Below are positions 1-10,520 of a stretch of DNA of 61,637 nt, one piece after another (within the stretch, counting starts at the first letter, position 1; every line of letters begins with the position of its first letter). The DNA is taken from NCBI GenBank assembly GCA_022794055.1, contig JAAWEA010000026.1, positions 1 to 61,637 of the forward strand, in the 5' to 3' direction. The DNA is from Clostridia bacterium (lineage in GTDB: Bacteria > Bacillota > Clostridia > TANB77 > CAG-508). Under the pieces are notes generated by a model. The model made no database searches. It was given only the letters and a program-made list of their open reading frames with translations, and was not told where the DNA came from. A program made the position numbers and the translations under genes.

Positions 1-498
1 ATTTATCTGATTATTTAATTCAATTTTCTTATCTATATTTGATAATATAGTTGCTATTTTATATTGTACTTCAAGAGGAGGTAAAAAAATTTCTAAATCA
101 TAAAAAGAAGAATGTTTTAAATCTGGTATTGTAGTTCCAGATGCTATATTAAGCATTTTTTTATACATATAATTATTGTTTAATGTATAATATAAATACT
201 TTCTGTATATTTTCTCATTTGGTACAACTTTAAAAAAGTTATTATGAAAACATCCTTCCACATTAGTTAAAACATTTCCTGTACTACCAGTTCTTACAAC
301 TAGTATATCTTCTTTAGTACATATTACACTTTCCTTTGGATTCTCAATATAATATTCTTCAACATTTCCTTTTAAAAATTGTATAGTTATATAAAAGTAT
401 CTATTTGGTGCTTTTTCTCTAAATCTTTTTGAAATAGGTATTTGTAATCCCTGATTCACTGTACAAACTTCTTTTAATTTTACTTTCCTAAATTCCAT
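1..498 (-). CDS. hsdS: Type I restriction-modification specificity subunit HsdS, 5' part (gene runs off the left edge)
   Basis: Not in the ORF track because there is no stop in the window. The ATG at 496-498 (rc) overlaps the hsdM 3' end by 11 nt, and the frame is open for all 166 codons to position 1. Translation MEFRKVKLKEVCTVNQGLQIPISKRFREKAPNRYFYITIQFLKGN... looks like an HsdS target-recognition domain. The position directly downstream of hsdM supports the call. Confidence 0.7.
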   Translation of the reverse strand, partial: MEFRKVKLKEVCTVNQGLQIPISKRFREKAPNRYFYITIQFLKGNVEEYYIENPKESVICTKEDILVVRTGSTGNVLTNVEGCFHNNFFKVVPNEKIYRKYLYYTLNNNYMYKKMLNIASGTTIPDLKHSSFYDLEIFLPPLEVQYKIATILSNIDKKIELNNQIN

Positions 499-1993
499 AC
501 CCTATAGCCTCCAAGTTTTTCTTAATTTCTTCTTCTAACTTGTGAGACTCTTCAAATTGTTTAGCAAGTTCAGAGGTCAATGTTTTCATCTTTTCTTCAA
601 AAGGAATTCCATCATCTTCTTGTTCTTCTGTTTCAACATATCTTCCTGGAGTAAGTACATAATTATTTTCTTTAATTTCATCTATTGTAGATACCTCACA
701 AAAACCTGCTATGTCTTTATAATTTTCATTATTTTGATAATTATGATATGTACTAGCAATTTTCTCTATATCATTTTCACTTAATTCTCGTAATTTTCTT
801 GTAACCATTGTTCCTAAATTTCTAGCATCTATAAACAACGTTTTTCCTTTTTGCGTTTTATTTCTATTCAAGATCCAAATACTACAAGGTATTGTTACTG
901 TATAAAATAAATTTGATGGCATTGCTATTATACAATCTACTAAATCTGCCTCTATTAAATTTTTTCTTATTCTTCCTTCTCCTCCTGTCTCACTAGACAA
1001 TGAACCATTTGCTAATATAATTGCTGCTTTTCCTTTTATAGATAGCTTAGATACCATATGTTGTACCCATGCAAAGTTAGCATTTCCTTTTGGTGGTATT
1101 CCATATTTCCATCTTGCATCATCTACTAATTTCTCTTGTCCCCAATCTGATATGTTAAATGGTGGATTTGCTAGAACAAAGTCTGCTTTTAAATCTTTAT
1201 GCAAATCATTATGGAATGTATCATCAGCAAATTTTCCTAACCCTTCATTATTTAACCCTCTTATTGCTAAATTCATTTTTCCTAATTTCCATGTTGTTGG
1301 ATTCTTTTCTTGTCCAAATATATTCAAATCTTTTATATTGCCTTGATGTCTTTGTATAAATTTCATACTTTGAACAAACATTCCTCCTGAACCACAAGCT
1401 GGATCATATATTCTTCCTTTATATGGTTCTATACACTCTACCATTGTTCTTACTAAACATGCTGGTGTATAAAATTCTCCTCCTTTTTGTAATTCTTTTG
1501 CTGCAAATTCTCCCAAAAAGTATTCATAGATTCTTCCCAAAATATCTTTATCTTGTGCTTCTTTATTTCCTATTTTTACGTTTGTGAATATATCTATTAA
1601 TTCACCTAAATTTACATTTTTGTAGTCTGGACTATTATATTGTTTTATTAAAACACCTTTTAAGCTTGGGTTTTCTTTTTCTATTTCTTCTAAAGCTTCA
1701 TCTATAATTTGTCCTATATTTGCATCTTTTGAATAAGCATTTAGATATTCCCATCTAGATTTTGCTGGAACATAGAATATATTTTCAGCCATATAGGAAT
1801 CTCTATCTTCTTCTAATCCGTATCCTTCTTCTACTAATTCTTGATACTTTTCTTCAAATGAATCTGATATATATTTTAAAAATATTAATCCTAACACTAT
1901 AAATTTATAACTTGAAACTGGCACAGCTCCTCTCATTTTGTCCGCTGCTTCCCATAATTTACTTTCTAGTCCTTTTAAATCTTCTTCTTTCAT
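488..1993 (-). CDS. hsdM: Type I restriction-modification N6-adenine DNA methyltransferase subunit HsdM
   Basis: 501-aa ORF with SAM-binding motif DPACGSGGMF and catalytic NPPF. The start ATG overlaps the addB stop (ATGA, 1990-1993). Confidence 0.9.
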   Translation of the reverse strand: MKEEDLKGLESKLWEAADKMRGAVPVSSYKFIVLGLIFLKYISDSFEEKYQELVEEGYGLEEDRDSYMAENIFYVPAKSRWEYLNAYSKDANIGQIIDEALEEIEKENPSLKGVLIKQYNSPDYKNVNLGELIDIFTNVKIGNKEAQDKDILGRIYEYFLGEFAAKELQKGGEFYTPACLVRTMVECIEPYKGRIYDPACGSGGMFVQSMKFIQRHQGNIKDLNIFGQEKNPTTWKLGKMNLAIRGLNNEGLGKFADDTFHNDLHKDLKADFVLANPPFNISDWGQEKLVDDARWKYGIPPKGNANFAWVQHMVSKLSIKGKAAIILANGSLSSETGGEGRIRKNLIEADLVDCIIAMPSNLFYTVTIPCSIWILNRNKTQKGKTLFIDARNLGTMVTRKLRELSENDIEKIASTYHNYQNNENYKDIAGFCEVSTIDEIKENNYVLTPGRYVETEEQEDDGIPFEEKMKTLTSELAKQFEESHKLEEEIKKNLEAIGYGI

Positions 1994-4900
1994 AATTTCT
2001 CCTTCATCTTCAATATTATATCATCTTTCGACTTATTGTCTATATAATTATAATTATTTCCACAAATTTTAGGATTAAAGCCACAAATCGACTTATAACT
2101 ACAATATTTGCAAGGTGTGTTTCCCTTTTTATAATATGGCTTAATACTAATATTACCTTTCAAAATTTCCTTTGAAATCTCTTTAATAGTTTTATAAATA
2201 TAATCTTGTAAAATCTTAAATTCTTGTTCTTTAACTCCATTTGTTTTAGACTCTGAAATTTCTCCACTCTTTGTTATTGTTGCTGGAATCAATTTTGATG
2301 TTCCAGACTTTAAATTTTTATCATGTAATTTTATAACCTTAATATCAGCTAATATAAGTCCTTTCATCTTGAATTGCTTTCTTAGTTCTTCTTCTATTTT
2401 TTCTTCAGACATCTTTTTATCTGTTTTTATAATTTGCTCTAAAAGGCTAAAGTACAATACTCCAGCTGGTATTAAATCTTCCTCTTTGCATACTGCATCT
2501 ATATAAGTTAAAAGTTGAATTTGCAGTCCTGCATACACTTCATTCAAATCAATATTTTTAGCAGATGATTTATAATCAATAATTCTTAAATAATTTCCAT
2601 CTTCTGAATTTGCTGTATCAACTCTATCTATTTTTCCTATAATCTCAATTTTCTTTCCATTTTCTAATGTAATCTCAATTGGTTTATACTTTCCTTTTTG
2701 CCCAAATTCTATTTCAGTTCCCTCTATATTAAAATCACTGTATACAAGACCTTCAATTATGAATTTTAAGGCTTTTACAACAATTCTATTTAATCTTTTT
2801 ACTAAAACCTTATACTTTGATGTAGCAACAAAATTATAATTTTTCCCCATATCTAATTTTTCTTTTAGGACTTTATTTACAATATCTTGTATTTTTTCTT
2901 CATCACTTACAAGTTCAGCTAAAATTATATTTTCCTGTTTCACTCTTTTAAAAAACTCGTCTATCATTTCGTGCATAAATGACCCTGTATCAAAACTTTG
3001 CACTTTTAATTCTTCTTTTTCTTGAAGTCTTAATCCATACTGCAAATAATAAGAAAATGGACACCCTGCAAATTTTTCTAATTTTGATACACTTGTTGTT
3101 ATTGTATTTCCATATAATTTTTCTATAATTTCTGGCTTAATATTTTTAGGAATATTAGTGTAATCAATACCTTTTAAGTCTTTTTTCAGTTTTTTATACC
3201 AGTTATCTTTTCCTTTATAATATTCAAAAATTGTATACCAAATATTATTTATTTCTTTATTTTCTTGCAGTTTACTAATATTTTCTAATAATTCTTGATA
3301 AGTCTTTTCTATATTTGTTATTTCATAATTTTTTTGTATAACATCACTTTGTTCTTTTAATTTAGGAAACATCTTTTTTATTTTGCTAACTAACATAGAA
3401 GGTCTTAATGATTTTCCTTCAAAGTCTGATGAAGCATAAGATAAATACAATCTTTTTTCTGCTGTTGAAAATACTTTATAGATATTGAAGTTTTCTTCAT
3501 ATAAATTGTCTATAGTACCATTAGCAAGTTCTATTCCATCTTCTTTCAATATTTCTCTATCTTTATCTCCAAAAAAACCTTCTGCTTTATTTATGCTTGG
3601 AAAACTCCCATCATTTAATCCAATAATAAATATTGTGTCTACTTTATGGCTTCTTGACCTTTCTACATCTCCTACAATTACTTGATCTTGTGTTCCTGGA
3701 ATTTTTCCAAGTTCACTATTTTTAAGCCCTATTTTCAAAATTTGCCTATATTTATCAATTGTTATCTTTTCATTTTTGAATATCAATACAATCTCATCTA
3801 AAATATTCAAAATGATTTTATAACTTGCCACATATTCATTTGCTAAATCAATTTGCCCTAAAGCTTGTAATTCACTTATTTTACTGTTAATCTTTTCTTC
3901 TATTTTATTTTCTTGCATAAATTGATAAATTGATTTTGAAATTGTTTCTGCATCTTTCATCCTCTTTTTTAGTTCATATAATGGTTCTATAATTATTTTT
4001 CTCAAATTATTTAGATATTCAATTTCCTCTTTTGTCTTCTCATTTTTTCCAAATTTAAAATCATTTTTCCATTTATTTTGCTTAATTCCCCATTTAATAC
4101 AATAATTTTCTAATTTGAATATATCATCTTCTTCTAAATTTACAAATCCTATTTTTAAATAGTTAAATACCGCTTCTCTTGAAAAGTTGCTACTAAATAT
4201 TTCAAATATAGAAAGTATATATTGCACTATCATATTTTGATTTAAATCTCTTTTTTCATCAATAAAAACTGGTATTTTGTATTCTTCAAAAATACTTCTT
4301 ACCAGACTAGAATATGTGTCTATATTCCTTGTAATAACTGCTATATCTTTATATCGTGTCTTTTCATCTCTTACTAATTTTGTAATCTGTTTAGCTACAT
4401 TTTCAATTTCAGCATATTGATTTTTTGCTAAAAATAAAGATACCTTCTTAGGTTCTAAAGAATATTGTTGTAATTTTGTATTAAATATATTTTTCTCAAT
4501 ATGCTTTAGTTCTTCTGTTTTAAACCTATATTGTTTTGACAAATGAACTGTATCTTCTAGTTTAAAGTCTTCTTTTAATGTACTTTGAAGTTTTGATATA
4601 ATAGTTTTATTACTGTAAAATATATCTGTATCAGGATTTACACTAGGTTCTAATGTATCTGCATTTATAGTTATTGTTACTTGCTTTGCTAATTTTACCA
4701 TTTTCTTCAAAACTTCATATTCTTGTTTTGTAAAGCCTGAGAATTCATCTAAATAAATAATTGCATTTGTTAAAATGTCTGTTTCTTCAATTTTGTTACT
4801 TAATATATTTAACAAATCATGATCTTCTATATAGCCTTCTTGTAATTTGTTCTCAAAGTCTTTATAAATTAAAGACATATCATTTAATTTTGTTTTTAAA

Positions 4901-5334
4901 TATATGTCTTCTATTTTTTGCTCTTCTTCTATTAAATGTTCTGGCAATATTCCATGTTTTTTAAATTCTGTTATTGCTGTTAATGTTAAGTCAATATTTT
5001 CATCTGATTTATTTAAAAATTTTAATTTATTTTTGTTCGTATTTAGAATTGAATATATTAACATTGCTTTTCCACATTTAGTTAGCTTTGTTTTTTTATT
5101 GCCTCCTAATTCTTGCATTACTCTATAAGCCATTCTACTAAGAGTGATGACTTCTGCATTTATTACAGCTTTATTTCCTATTGCTTTCATAAGCTTTTTT
5201 TCTGCTGTAAAGGAGAATTGTTCTGGTGTTATCATATATATTTTCTTTTCTTTTTTTATTAAATTTGCAATTTCTGAAAAACAGTATTCACTTTTTCCGC
5301 TTCCTGCTTTTCCATATACGATTTTTAGTCCCAT
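1990..5334 (-). CDS. addB: ATP-dependent helicase/nuclease subunit B (AddB/RexB)
   Basis: 1114-aa ORF with N-terminal Walker A GKAGSGKS. The C-terminal RecB-type nuclease motif (RIIDYKSS) is bracketed by Cys residues (CPFSYY ... CKYCSYKSIC), typical of the AddB Fe-S cluster. Confidence 0.9.
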   Translation of the reverse strand: MGLKIVYGKAGSGKSEYCFSEIANLIKKEKKIYMITPEQFSFTAEKKLMKAIGNKAVINAEVITLSRMAYRVMQELGGNKKTKLTKCGKAMLIYSILNTNKNKLKFLNKSDENIDLTLTAITEFKKHGILPEHLIEEEQKIEDIYLKTKLNDMSLIYKDFENKLQEGYIEDHDLLNILSNKIEETDILTNAIIYLDEFSGFTKQEYEVLKKMVKLAKQVTITINADTLEPSVNPDTDIFYSNKTIISKLQSTLKEDFKLEDTVHLSKQYRFKTEELKHIEKNIFNTKLQQYSLEPKKVSLFLAKNQYAEIENVAKQITKLVRDEKTRYKDIAVITRNIDTYSSLVRSIFEEYKIPVFIDEKRDLNQNMIVQYILSIFEIFSSNFSREAVFNYLKIGFVNLEEDDIFKLENYCIKWGIKQNKWKNDFKFGKNEKTKEEIEYLNNLRKIIIEPLYELKKRMKDAETISKSIYQFMQENKIEEKINSKISELQALGQIDLANEYVASYKIILNILDEIVLIFKNEKITIDKYRQILKIGLKNSELGKIPGTQDQVIVGDVERSRSHKVDTIFIIGLNDGSFPSINKAEGFFGDKDREILKEDGIELANGTIDNLYEENFNIYKVFSTAEKRLYLSYASSDFEGKSLRPSMLVSKIKKMFPKLKEQSDVIQKNYEITNIEKTYQELLENISKLQENKEINNIWYTIFEYYKGKDNWYKKLKKDLKGIDYTNIPKNIKPEIIEKLYGNTITTSVSKLEKFAGCPFSYYLQYGLRLQEKEELKVQSFDTGSFMHEMIDEFFKRVKQENIILAELVSDEEKIQDIVNKVLKEKLDMGKNYNFVATSKYKVLVKRLNRIVVKALKFIIEGLVYSDFNIEGTEIEFGQKGKYKPIEITLENGKKIEIIGKIDRVDTANSEDGNYLRIIDYKSSAKNIDLNEVYAGLQIQLLTYIDAVCKEEDLIPAGVLYFSLLEQIIKTDKKMSEEKIEEELRKQFKMKGLILADIKVIKLHDKNLKSGTSKLIPATITKSGEISESKTNGVKEQEFKILQDYIYKTIKEISKEILKGNISIKPYYKKGNTPCKYCSYKSICGFNPKICGNNYNYIDNKSKDDIILKMKEKL

Positions 5335-5360
5335 TTTTTCTCCTTTTCTATAATACCTAT

Positions 5361-5486
5361 TTGGTTGGAAAATAATTGGATATTTGGCTAGGCGAATGAA
5401 ATTTTAATTCATGAGACGTACGTAGTGTACGTTGATTAAATTAAAATTGAAATTCAACAACGCCAAATGCCAATTATTTTTCAACC
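5361..5486. repeat. Long imperfect palindromic intergenic element (MITE/REP-like), full copy
   Basis: Outer arms ggttggaaaataattggatatttggc / gccaaatgccaattatttttcaacc are inverted repeats. Inner arms (gaatgaaattttaatt / aattaaaattgaaattc) are also inverted, with a central acgtac..gtacgt stem. The right half recurs at 6391-6445. Confidence 0.7.
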
Positions 5487-5490
5487 ATTT

Positions 5491-6387
5491 TTAGTTCTCT
5501 CTTCTCCAATAGAACAAATACTGCTGTGCCAATCCTTTTAAATCTCCAAATTTTGCTTCTGCTAAGTCTTCTATTTTCTTTTTGCTTACTTTACTTTCAT
5601 CTGCTTCTTTTATGTATAAATCATTCATCACTCTTCTTACCCATACATCGATTGGAAAGGTATCAAATCTTTTTAGTTCTGAAAATAGTAAAATACAGTC
5701 TGCAACTTTAGGTCCTACTCCTGAAAGTTTTAATAATTCTTCTCTTACTTCTAATGTGTTAGAATTAGTTTTTAATTTATCTATATCAATTTCCTTTTCT
5801 AGAATTTTATGTGTTGTTTCATATAGTCTTATATCTCTAAATCCTAATCCTAATTTTCTATACTCTTCTACTGTAACATCTTTTAATTGCTCAGTTGTTG
5901 GAAAAGTATAGTATTTATTTCCTTTCCATTGTATTTCATTTCCATATTTTTTAGATATTCTTTCTATGATTCCTTTTATTCTTGGAATGTTATTATTTGC
6001 TGATATTATAAAAGATATTATTGTTTCCCATAAATCTTGATTTAGTATCCTTATTCCTTTTCCATAGTCAATACTTGTTTTTAAGTAATTATCAATTTTT
6101 GATAGTTTTTCTTTTATTTCTTCATAGTTTCTATTTAAATCAAAATAATTTTCTACTGTTTCTTTTAAGTCATTTTGACACTTTCCTGTGAAAATGATTT
6201 CTTCTCCTTCCTTTTTTACATTTATTACTCCGTCTTTTATTACTCCTGTATAACTTCCGTCTTTTTCTTCATTCCATCTGAAACATTGCCCACATTCAAA
6301 TATGTCTTTTAATTCAAAAGTTTTTTGGTTTTTTATTATATATATTTGTTCTTTCATATTTAATTTAATTCCTTTCCTAAGGCTCAA
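5491..6387 (-). CDS. ogg: 8-oxoguanine DNA glycosylase / N-glycosylase-DNA lyase (HhH-GPD family)
   Basis: 298-aa ORF with helix-hairpin-helix GPD motif LSGVGPKVADCILLF followed by FPIDVWV. Length and layout resemble clostridial Ogg. Confidence 0.8.
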   Translation of the reverse strand: MSLRKGIKLNMKEQIYIIKNQKTFELKDIFECGQCFRWNEEKDGSYTGVIKDGVINVKKEGEEIIFTGKCQNDLKETVENYFDLNRNYEEIKEKLSKIDNYLKTSIDYGKGIRILNQDLWETIISFIISANNNIPRIKGIIERISKKYGNEIQWKGNKYYTFPTTEQLKDVTVEEYRKLGLGFRDIRLYETTHKILEKEIDIDKLKTNSNTLEVREELLKLSGVGPKVADCILLFSELKRFDTFPIDVWVRRVMNDLYIKEADESKVSKKKIEDLAEAKFGDLKGLAQQYLFYWRREN

Positions 6388-6390
6388 ATT

Positions 6391-6445
6391 TAGTTGGAAA
6401 AAAAGTTGAAATTCAACAACGCCAAAATCAAAATATTTTTAAACC
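6391..6445. repeat. Truncated second copy of the 5361-5486 palindromic element
   Basis: tagttggaaaaaaagttgaaattcaacaacgccaaaatcaaaatatttttaaacc matches the left tip plus the right half (ttgaaattcaacaacgccaaa... tttttcaacc) of the full copy, in the same orientation. The two copies bracket ogg. Confidence 0.65.
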
Positions 6446-6635
6446 TTCTCATTTCCTTCTTTTCTGATTTTATCATTAAGAATATTGATGAATATATTAT
6501 ATCATAATTACACTATAAATCAACTTTTAACTTTGTCTTTAGTTCATTTTTTGTAAACTTTCATAACTATTTTTATATTTTATATAAAAAAACATTACTA
6601 TTATCAATTTTAGTAATGTTCTTTTATTATATAAA

Positions 6636-7520
6636 CTAATCTATTTTAAATTGACTTGCTAATTTATCAATTGTAATACCACCTTGATTTTTCCAATCAA
6701 TCTCAATATTATTAAATCTATCATCTTGAAATCTATTAAGTTTTTCTATGTCTTCTTTTTCTAGTTTAAAATCTAATGCTTTTAAATTAGTATCTATGTT
6801 TTGTATTGTATTAGTTTTTATAATTGTATTTAATTCTTTCTCTTTTATTATCCAGTTAAGTAATATCTGATTTTGTGTTTTATTATATTTACTAGCTAAT
6901 TCTATTAAAAAGGGATAATTCATTTTAGCTATATTATTTCTCCTTAATGCTTGATAACATATAAATTTAATATTATTCTCTTTACAAAAATCTATTACAC
7001 CAATATTTTCATAATATTTACATTCTAAATTATAAACACCTTCAAAACTAAATAATTTAAAATACTTTTGAATGTTCTTTAATTCCTCTAAAGATGTATT
7101 ACTTGCAGATATGTACCTTACTTTTCCTTTTTCAACTAATCTATTTATTTCTCCATATGTTTCTAATAATGGAATTTTTGAAACATAAGATACATGTACT
7201 TGTAAAGCATCTACATAATCAATATTCATTTTCTTCAAGTATTTATCTAATTGTTCTTCTACATCTTCTTTTCTTTCTATATAAGGTTCTAAATGGCAAG
7301 TAAGAAATATATTGTCTTTGTTTACTTCTCTAAAAAATTCATATAAAAAATCTACAACATTACAATTATCATATAAAAGACTTGTACTTATAAAATTTTG
7401 TCCTTTATTGACAGAATGTAACAATGCCTTCAAAGTATTATTTTTTTCTTTTAAATTAAGATTATAAGTACCTATTCCAATAGGATTTATTTTATTTGAT
7501 TCTATCATTTTTTCCTCCAA
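6636..7520 (-). CDS. Aldo/keto reductase family oxidoreductase
   Basis: 294-aa ORF. The overall pattern (IGIGTY..., ...ALQVHV..., ...YISASN..., ...CYQALRR) resembles the AKR fold. Substrate unknown. Confidence 0.65.
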   Translation of the reverse strand: MEEKMIESNKINPIGIGTYNLNLKEKNNTLKALLHSVNKGQNFISTSLLYDNCNVVDFLYEFFREVNKDNIFLTCHLEPYIERKEDVEEQLDKYLKKMNIDYVDALQVHVSYVSKIPLLETYGEINRLVEKGKVRYISASNTSLEELKNIQKYFKLFSFEGVYNLECKYYENIGVIDFCKENNIKFICYQALRRNNIAKMNYPFLIELASKYNKTQNQILLNWIIKEKELNTIIKTNTIQNIDTNLKALDFKLEKEDIEKLNRFQDDRFNNIEIDWKNQGGITIDKLASQFKID

Positions 7521-7589
7521 ATTTTTTTCAATATTATACTTTATTTTATTGTTATAAACAAGTAACTCTTAATTATATATATATAATTA

Positions 7590-8444
7590 CTATTTCTTAA
7601 ACCCCAATCCTACAACCTCTCTAGCGTTTGCAATGATAATGAAACTATTTGCATCAATTGATTTAGCAGTATATTTCACTCTTGCAACATCGCCTCTTGA
7701 AGCTGCACATATTAGTACAACTTTATTTTCATTTGTATACATTCCTTTCCCATAAAGTCCAGTTGTTCCTTTTCTAACCCTTTCCCCTATTTTCTCTGCT
7801 ATTTCTTGGCTTCTATCTGATATTATAATTACTAATTTTGTAAAATAAATTCCTTCAAAAATAATATCAATCATTTTTCCCATTAAATATATCGCAAGTG
7901 CTGAATATAGTCCTACTTCTATTTCTTTAAAAAATACTACATTTAATGCAACAATTACTGTATCTATAATTATAATCACATTACTCATTCTAATTTCAGG
8001 TCTATACTCTTTTACTAACATACTTACTAAATCTGATCCACCTGTTGATGAATTTGCTTTTAATATTATAGCTGTTCCTAATCCTATTATTATTCCACCA
8101 TAAATACAAGCTAGAAATCTATCTTGTGTTAATGGTGTTATATTTTCAAATATTTCTATGAAAAGAGAAAAACTTACAGTTCCTATCATTGATTTTACTA
8201 AAAACATTTTTCCTAGTTTATAGGCTGAAAATAAAAATAGTGGTATGTTAAAGGCTAGAATTGTTGCTCCCATTGGAATTTCTAAAAAGTAATAAAATAT
8301 TGTTGCAATTCCTGCAACTCCTCCAGATGATAATTGGTTGGGCAATAAAAACAATGATGTTGCCATTGCCATTAAACAGGCTCCCACCATTGTTTCTAAT
8401 ATTTCTATTGATGTAGTTTTTATTTGTTTTGTATTTATTTTCAT
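7590..8444 (-). CDS. yitT: YitT-family membrane protein (DUF2179 C-terminal domain)
   Basis: Multi-pass hydrophobic N-terminal region plus a soluble C-terminal domain (GTTGLYGKGMYT...VLICA). I chose the start at the internal ATG 8444 (MKINTKQ), which follows aaaggtga. The track ORF begins at 8486. Confidence 0.7.
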   Translation of the reverse strand: MKINTKQIKTTSIEILETMVGACLMAMATSLFLLPNQLSSGGVAGIATIFYYFLEIPMGATILAFNIPLFLFSAYKLGKMFLVKSMIGTVSFSLFIEIFENITPLTQDRFLACIYGGIIIGLGTAIILKANSSTGGSDLVSMLVKEYRPEIRMSNVIIIIDTVIVALNVVFFKEIEVGLYSALAIYLMGKMIDIIFEGIYFTKLVIIISDRSQEIAEKIGERVRKGTTGLYGKGMYTNENKVVLICAASRGDVARVKYTAKSIDANSFIIIANAREVVGLGFKK

Positions 8445-8616
8445 AAAAAAATCACCTTTATTTCTATTATTAGAAATTTGAGGCAATTCTATTCTGTTAT
8501 AGAAAAACTTTTTATTTTTTTCTAATACATCAATCTTTGTAAAATTGGCATTAGAACAAAAACGGGGCTTTCTAATATTCTTATAATCTGAATATTTTAA
8601 TCATGCCCCTTTTGTT

Positions 8617-9702
8617 CTATTTTATTTTTACTTTTTCTTTATTATCTGTATCTTCTAAAAAGTCTTGGTGTATTCTTGTTATTTCTATTTTTGACTTCCC
8701 TTGTTTCATACTTTCATCTTGTTTTACAATTAAATCTACTTCATATAGCTCTTTTAATTTTAAAACATTTTCTTTTTTATGTCCTATAACATTATTTACA
8801 TCAATTGGATTTACTGTAACTTCTACCTCTTGCACTTTTACATTTAGTTTTTTAATTTTTTCTACAATGGAGTCATACCACATTCCTGATTCTACTAGTT
8901 GCCTAAATGCTGGATGAAATGGCCCTGCAACAACTTCACTTTCTTGATTTTCTGGATTACTTATTTCATCTGTATTTTGTAAGCCTACACGAATCACATC
9001 TATATTTTTATTTGCAAATAGCCTAACTAATTGTTTACAAGTCTCAACAGCTTGGGGTAATGGAACTGGTTTATAATTTCCTTCCTCATACTCTTTTTCT
9101 AATCTTGTGCCTTTTACTACTAATACTGGATAAATTCTTACCATCTTAGGCTTTAATTTTATAAGTGCTTTTGCTGTTTCAATTTCATCTTTTGGTGTAC
9201 TTTCTGGAAGTCCTACCATCATTTGATGTCCTAATTTAAAATGGTTTCTTCTTATCAATTTAGAAGCTATTTCTACATCTTTAAATGTATGTCCTCTATT
9301 TGCTCTACCTAAAATATAATCATTTGCAGATTGTACTCCCAATTCAATAGTTCTTACTTTATATTTTTTTAATCTTTTTAATATATTTTTATTAATATAG
9401 TCTGGTCTTGTCGATATACGAATACTATCTACTTGTCCATTTTCTATATATTCATAAGCAAGATTTAATAATTCTTCTTGTCTTTCTTCTTCAATTCCTG
9501 TAAAACTTCCTCCAAAAAATGCAATTTCTTTTTTGGCTGAATTATCTTTTATATTTTCTAGATAAAATTCTATAGTCTTCTTTACATCTTCTTTTGATAA
9601 ATTATTTTTTTGACCACTTATTGATTTTTGATTGCAAAAAATACAATCATTTGGGCATCCCAAATGTGGTACAAATACTGGAATAATATATTCACTTTTC
9701 AT
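8617..9702 (-). CDS. Radical SAM protein (ELP3-like / COG1243 type)
   Basis: 361-aa ORF with an N-terminal CxxxCxxC (CPNDCIFC) radical-SAM cluster motif. It lies immediately upstream of rnc, as in many Firmicutes. Confidence 0.75.
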   Translation of the reverse strand: MKSEYIIPVFVPHLGCPNDCIFCNQKSISGQKNNLSKEDVKKTIEFYLENIKDNSAKKEIAFFGGSFTGIEEERQEELLNLAYEYIENGQVDSIRISTRPDYINKNILKRLKKYKVRTIELGVQSANDYILGRANRGHTFKDVEIASKLIRRNHFKLGHQMMVGLPESTPKDEIETAKALIKLKPKMVRIYPVLVVKGTRLEKEYEEGNYKPVPLPQAVETCKQLVRLFANKNIDVIRVGLQNTDEISNPENQESEVVAGPFHPAFRQLVESGMWYDSIVEKIKKLNVKVQEVEVTVNPIDVNNVIGHKKENVLKLKELYEVDLIVKQDESMKQGKSKIEITRIHQDFLEDTDNKEKVKIK

Positions 9703-9717
9703 AAAAAGCTCCTTTTC

Positions 9718-10398
9718 TCATAAGTTTTCAAGCGCTATTTTTGCAGCTTGCATTTCTGCTTCTTTTTTACTTTTTCCTTTTCCTTGAGCTAAAACTTTTC
9801 CATTTAAAGAAACCTGTGTTTCAAATGTTTTATCATGATCTGGACCTGTTTCTTTTAAAATTTTATATTCTATATGAACATCACCATTTTTTTGTAATTC
9901 TTCTTGTAAAACAGTTTTATAATCTTTTTTTCCTACATTTTTAGTTGCATTTTCTATTTCATCTTTTAGATTTTCTATAATAAATTTTTTGGATGGCTCT
10001 AAACCTCCGTCAATATATATCGCAGCTATTACAGCTTCTACACTATCTGCTAATATTGCAGGCCTTTTATTTCCTCCACTTATAATTTCTGATTTTCCTA
10101 AGATTAAGAAATCACTAAAATTATGCTTACATGCTACTTTATATAAACTTTTTTCACATACTACTGTTGCTCTAACTTTAGTCATTTCTCCTTCTTTTAA
10201 GTTTTTATATATCGAATACATATATTCACTTGATACAAATTCTAATATGCTATCACCTAAAAATTCTAATTTTTCATTACTCTCAACTTTATGTTCATAG
10301 GCATAAGATGTATGTGTTAAAGCACTCATTAGTAAGTTTTTATTTTTGAATGTATATCCAATATTTCTTTCTAATTCCTTAATATCCACTTTTATCAC
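9718..10398 (-). CDS. rnc: Ribonuclease III
   Basis: 226-aa ORF with RNase III signature EKLEFLGDSILE and a C-terminal dsRBD (DYKTVLQE...GKGKSKKEAEMQAA). Confidence 0.95.
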   Translation of the reverse strand: MIKVDIKELERNIGYTFKNKNLLMSALTHTSYAYEHKVESNEKLEFLGDSILEFVSSEYMYSIYKNLKEGEMTKVRATVVCEKSLYKVACKHNFSDFLILGKSEIISGGNKRPAILADSVEAVIAAIYIDGGLEPSKKFIIENLKDEIENATKNVGKKDYKTVLQEELQKNGDVHIEYKILKETGPDHDKTFETQVSLNGKVLAQGKGKSKKEAEMQAAKIALENL

Positions 10399-10520
10399 CT
10401 TTGTTTTATATTATATCAATTTCAAAAATTTTGCAAGTCCTCCACAATAAAAATATCATAACAACAGTATAAAAAAGAAAAAAGAGGAAAGGGGAAGAGG
10501 AAGGGGAAGGGGACGGGGAA

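Noticed and set aside
8549-8613. Possible riboswitch or structured RNA between yitT and the radical SAM gene
   Set aside because: I see only a GC clamp (cggggc ... gcccc) with a long AT loop followed by a T-run on the minus strand. This is most simply a terminator for the radical SAM gene. I recognise no conserved riboswitch core.
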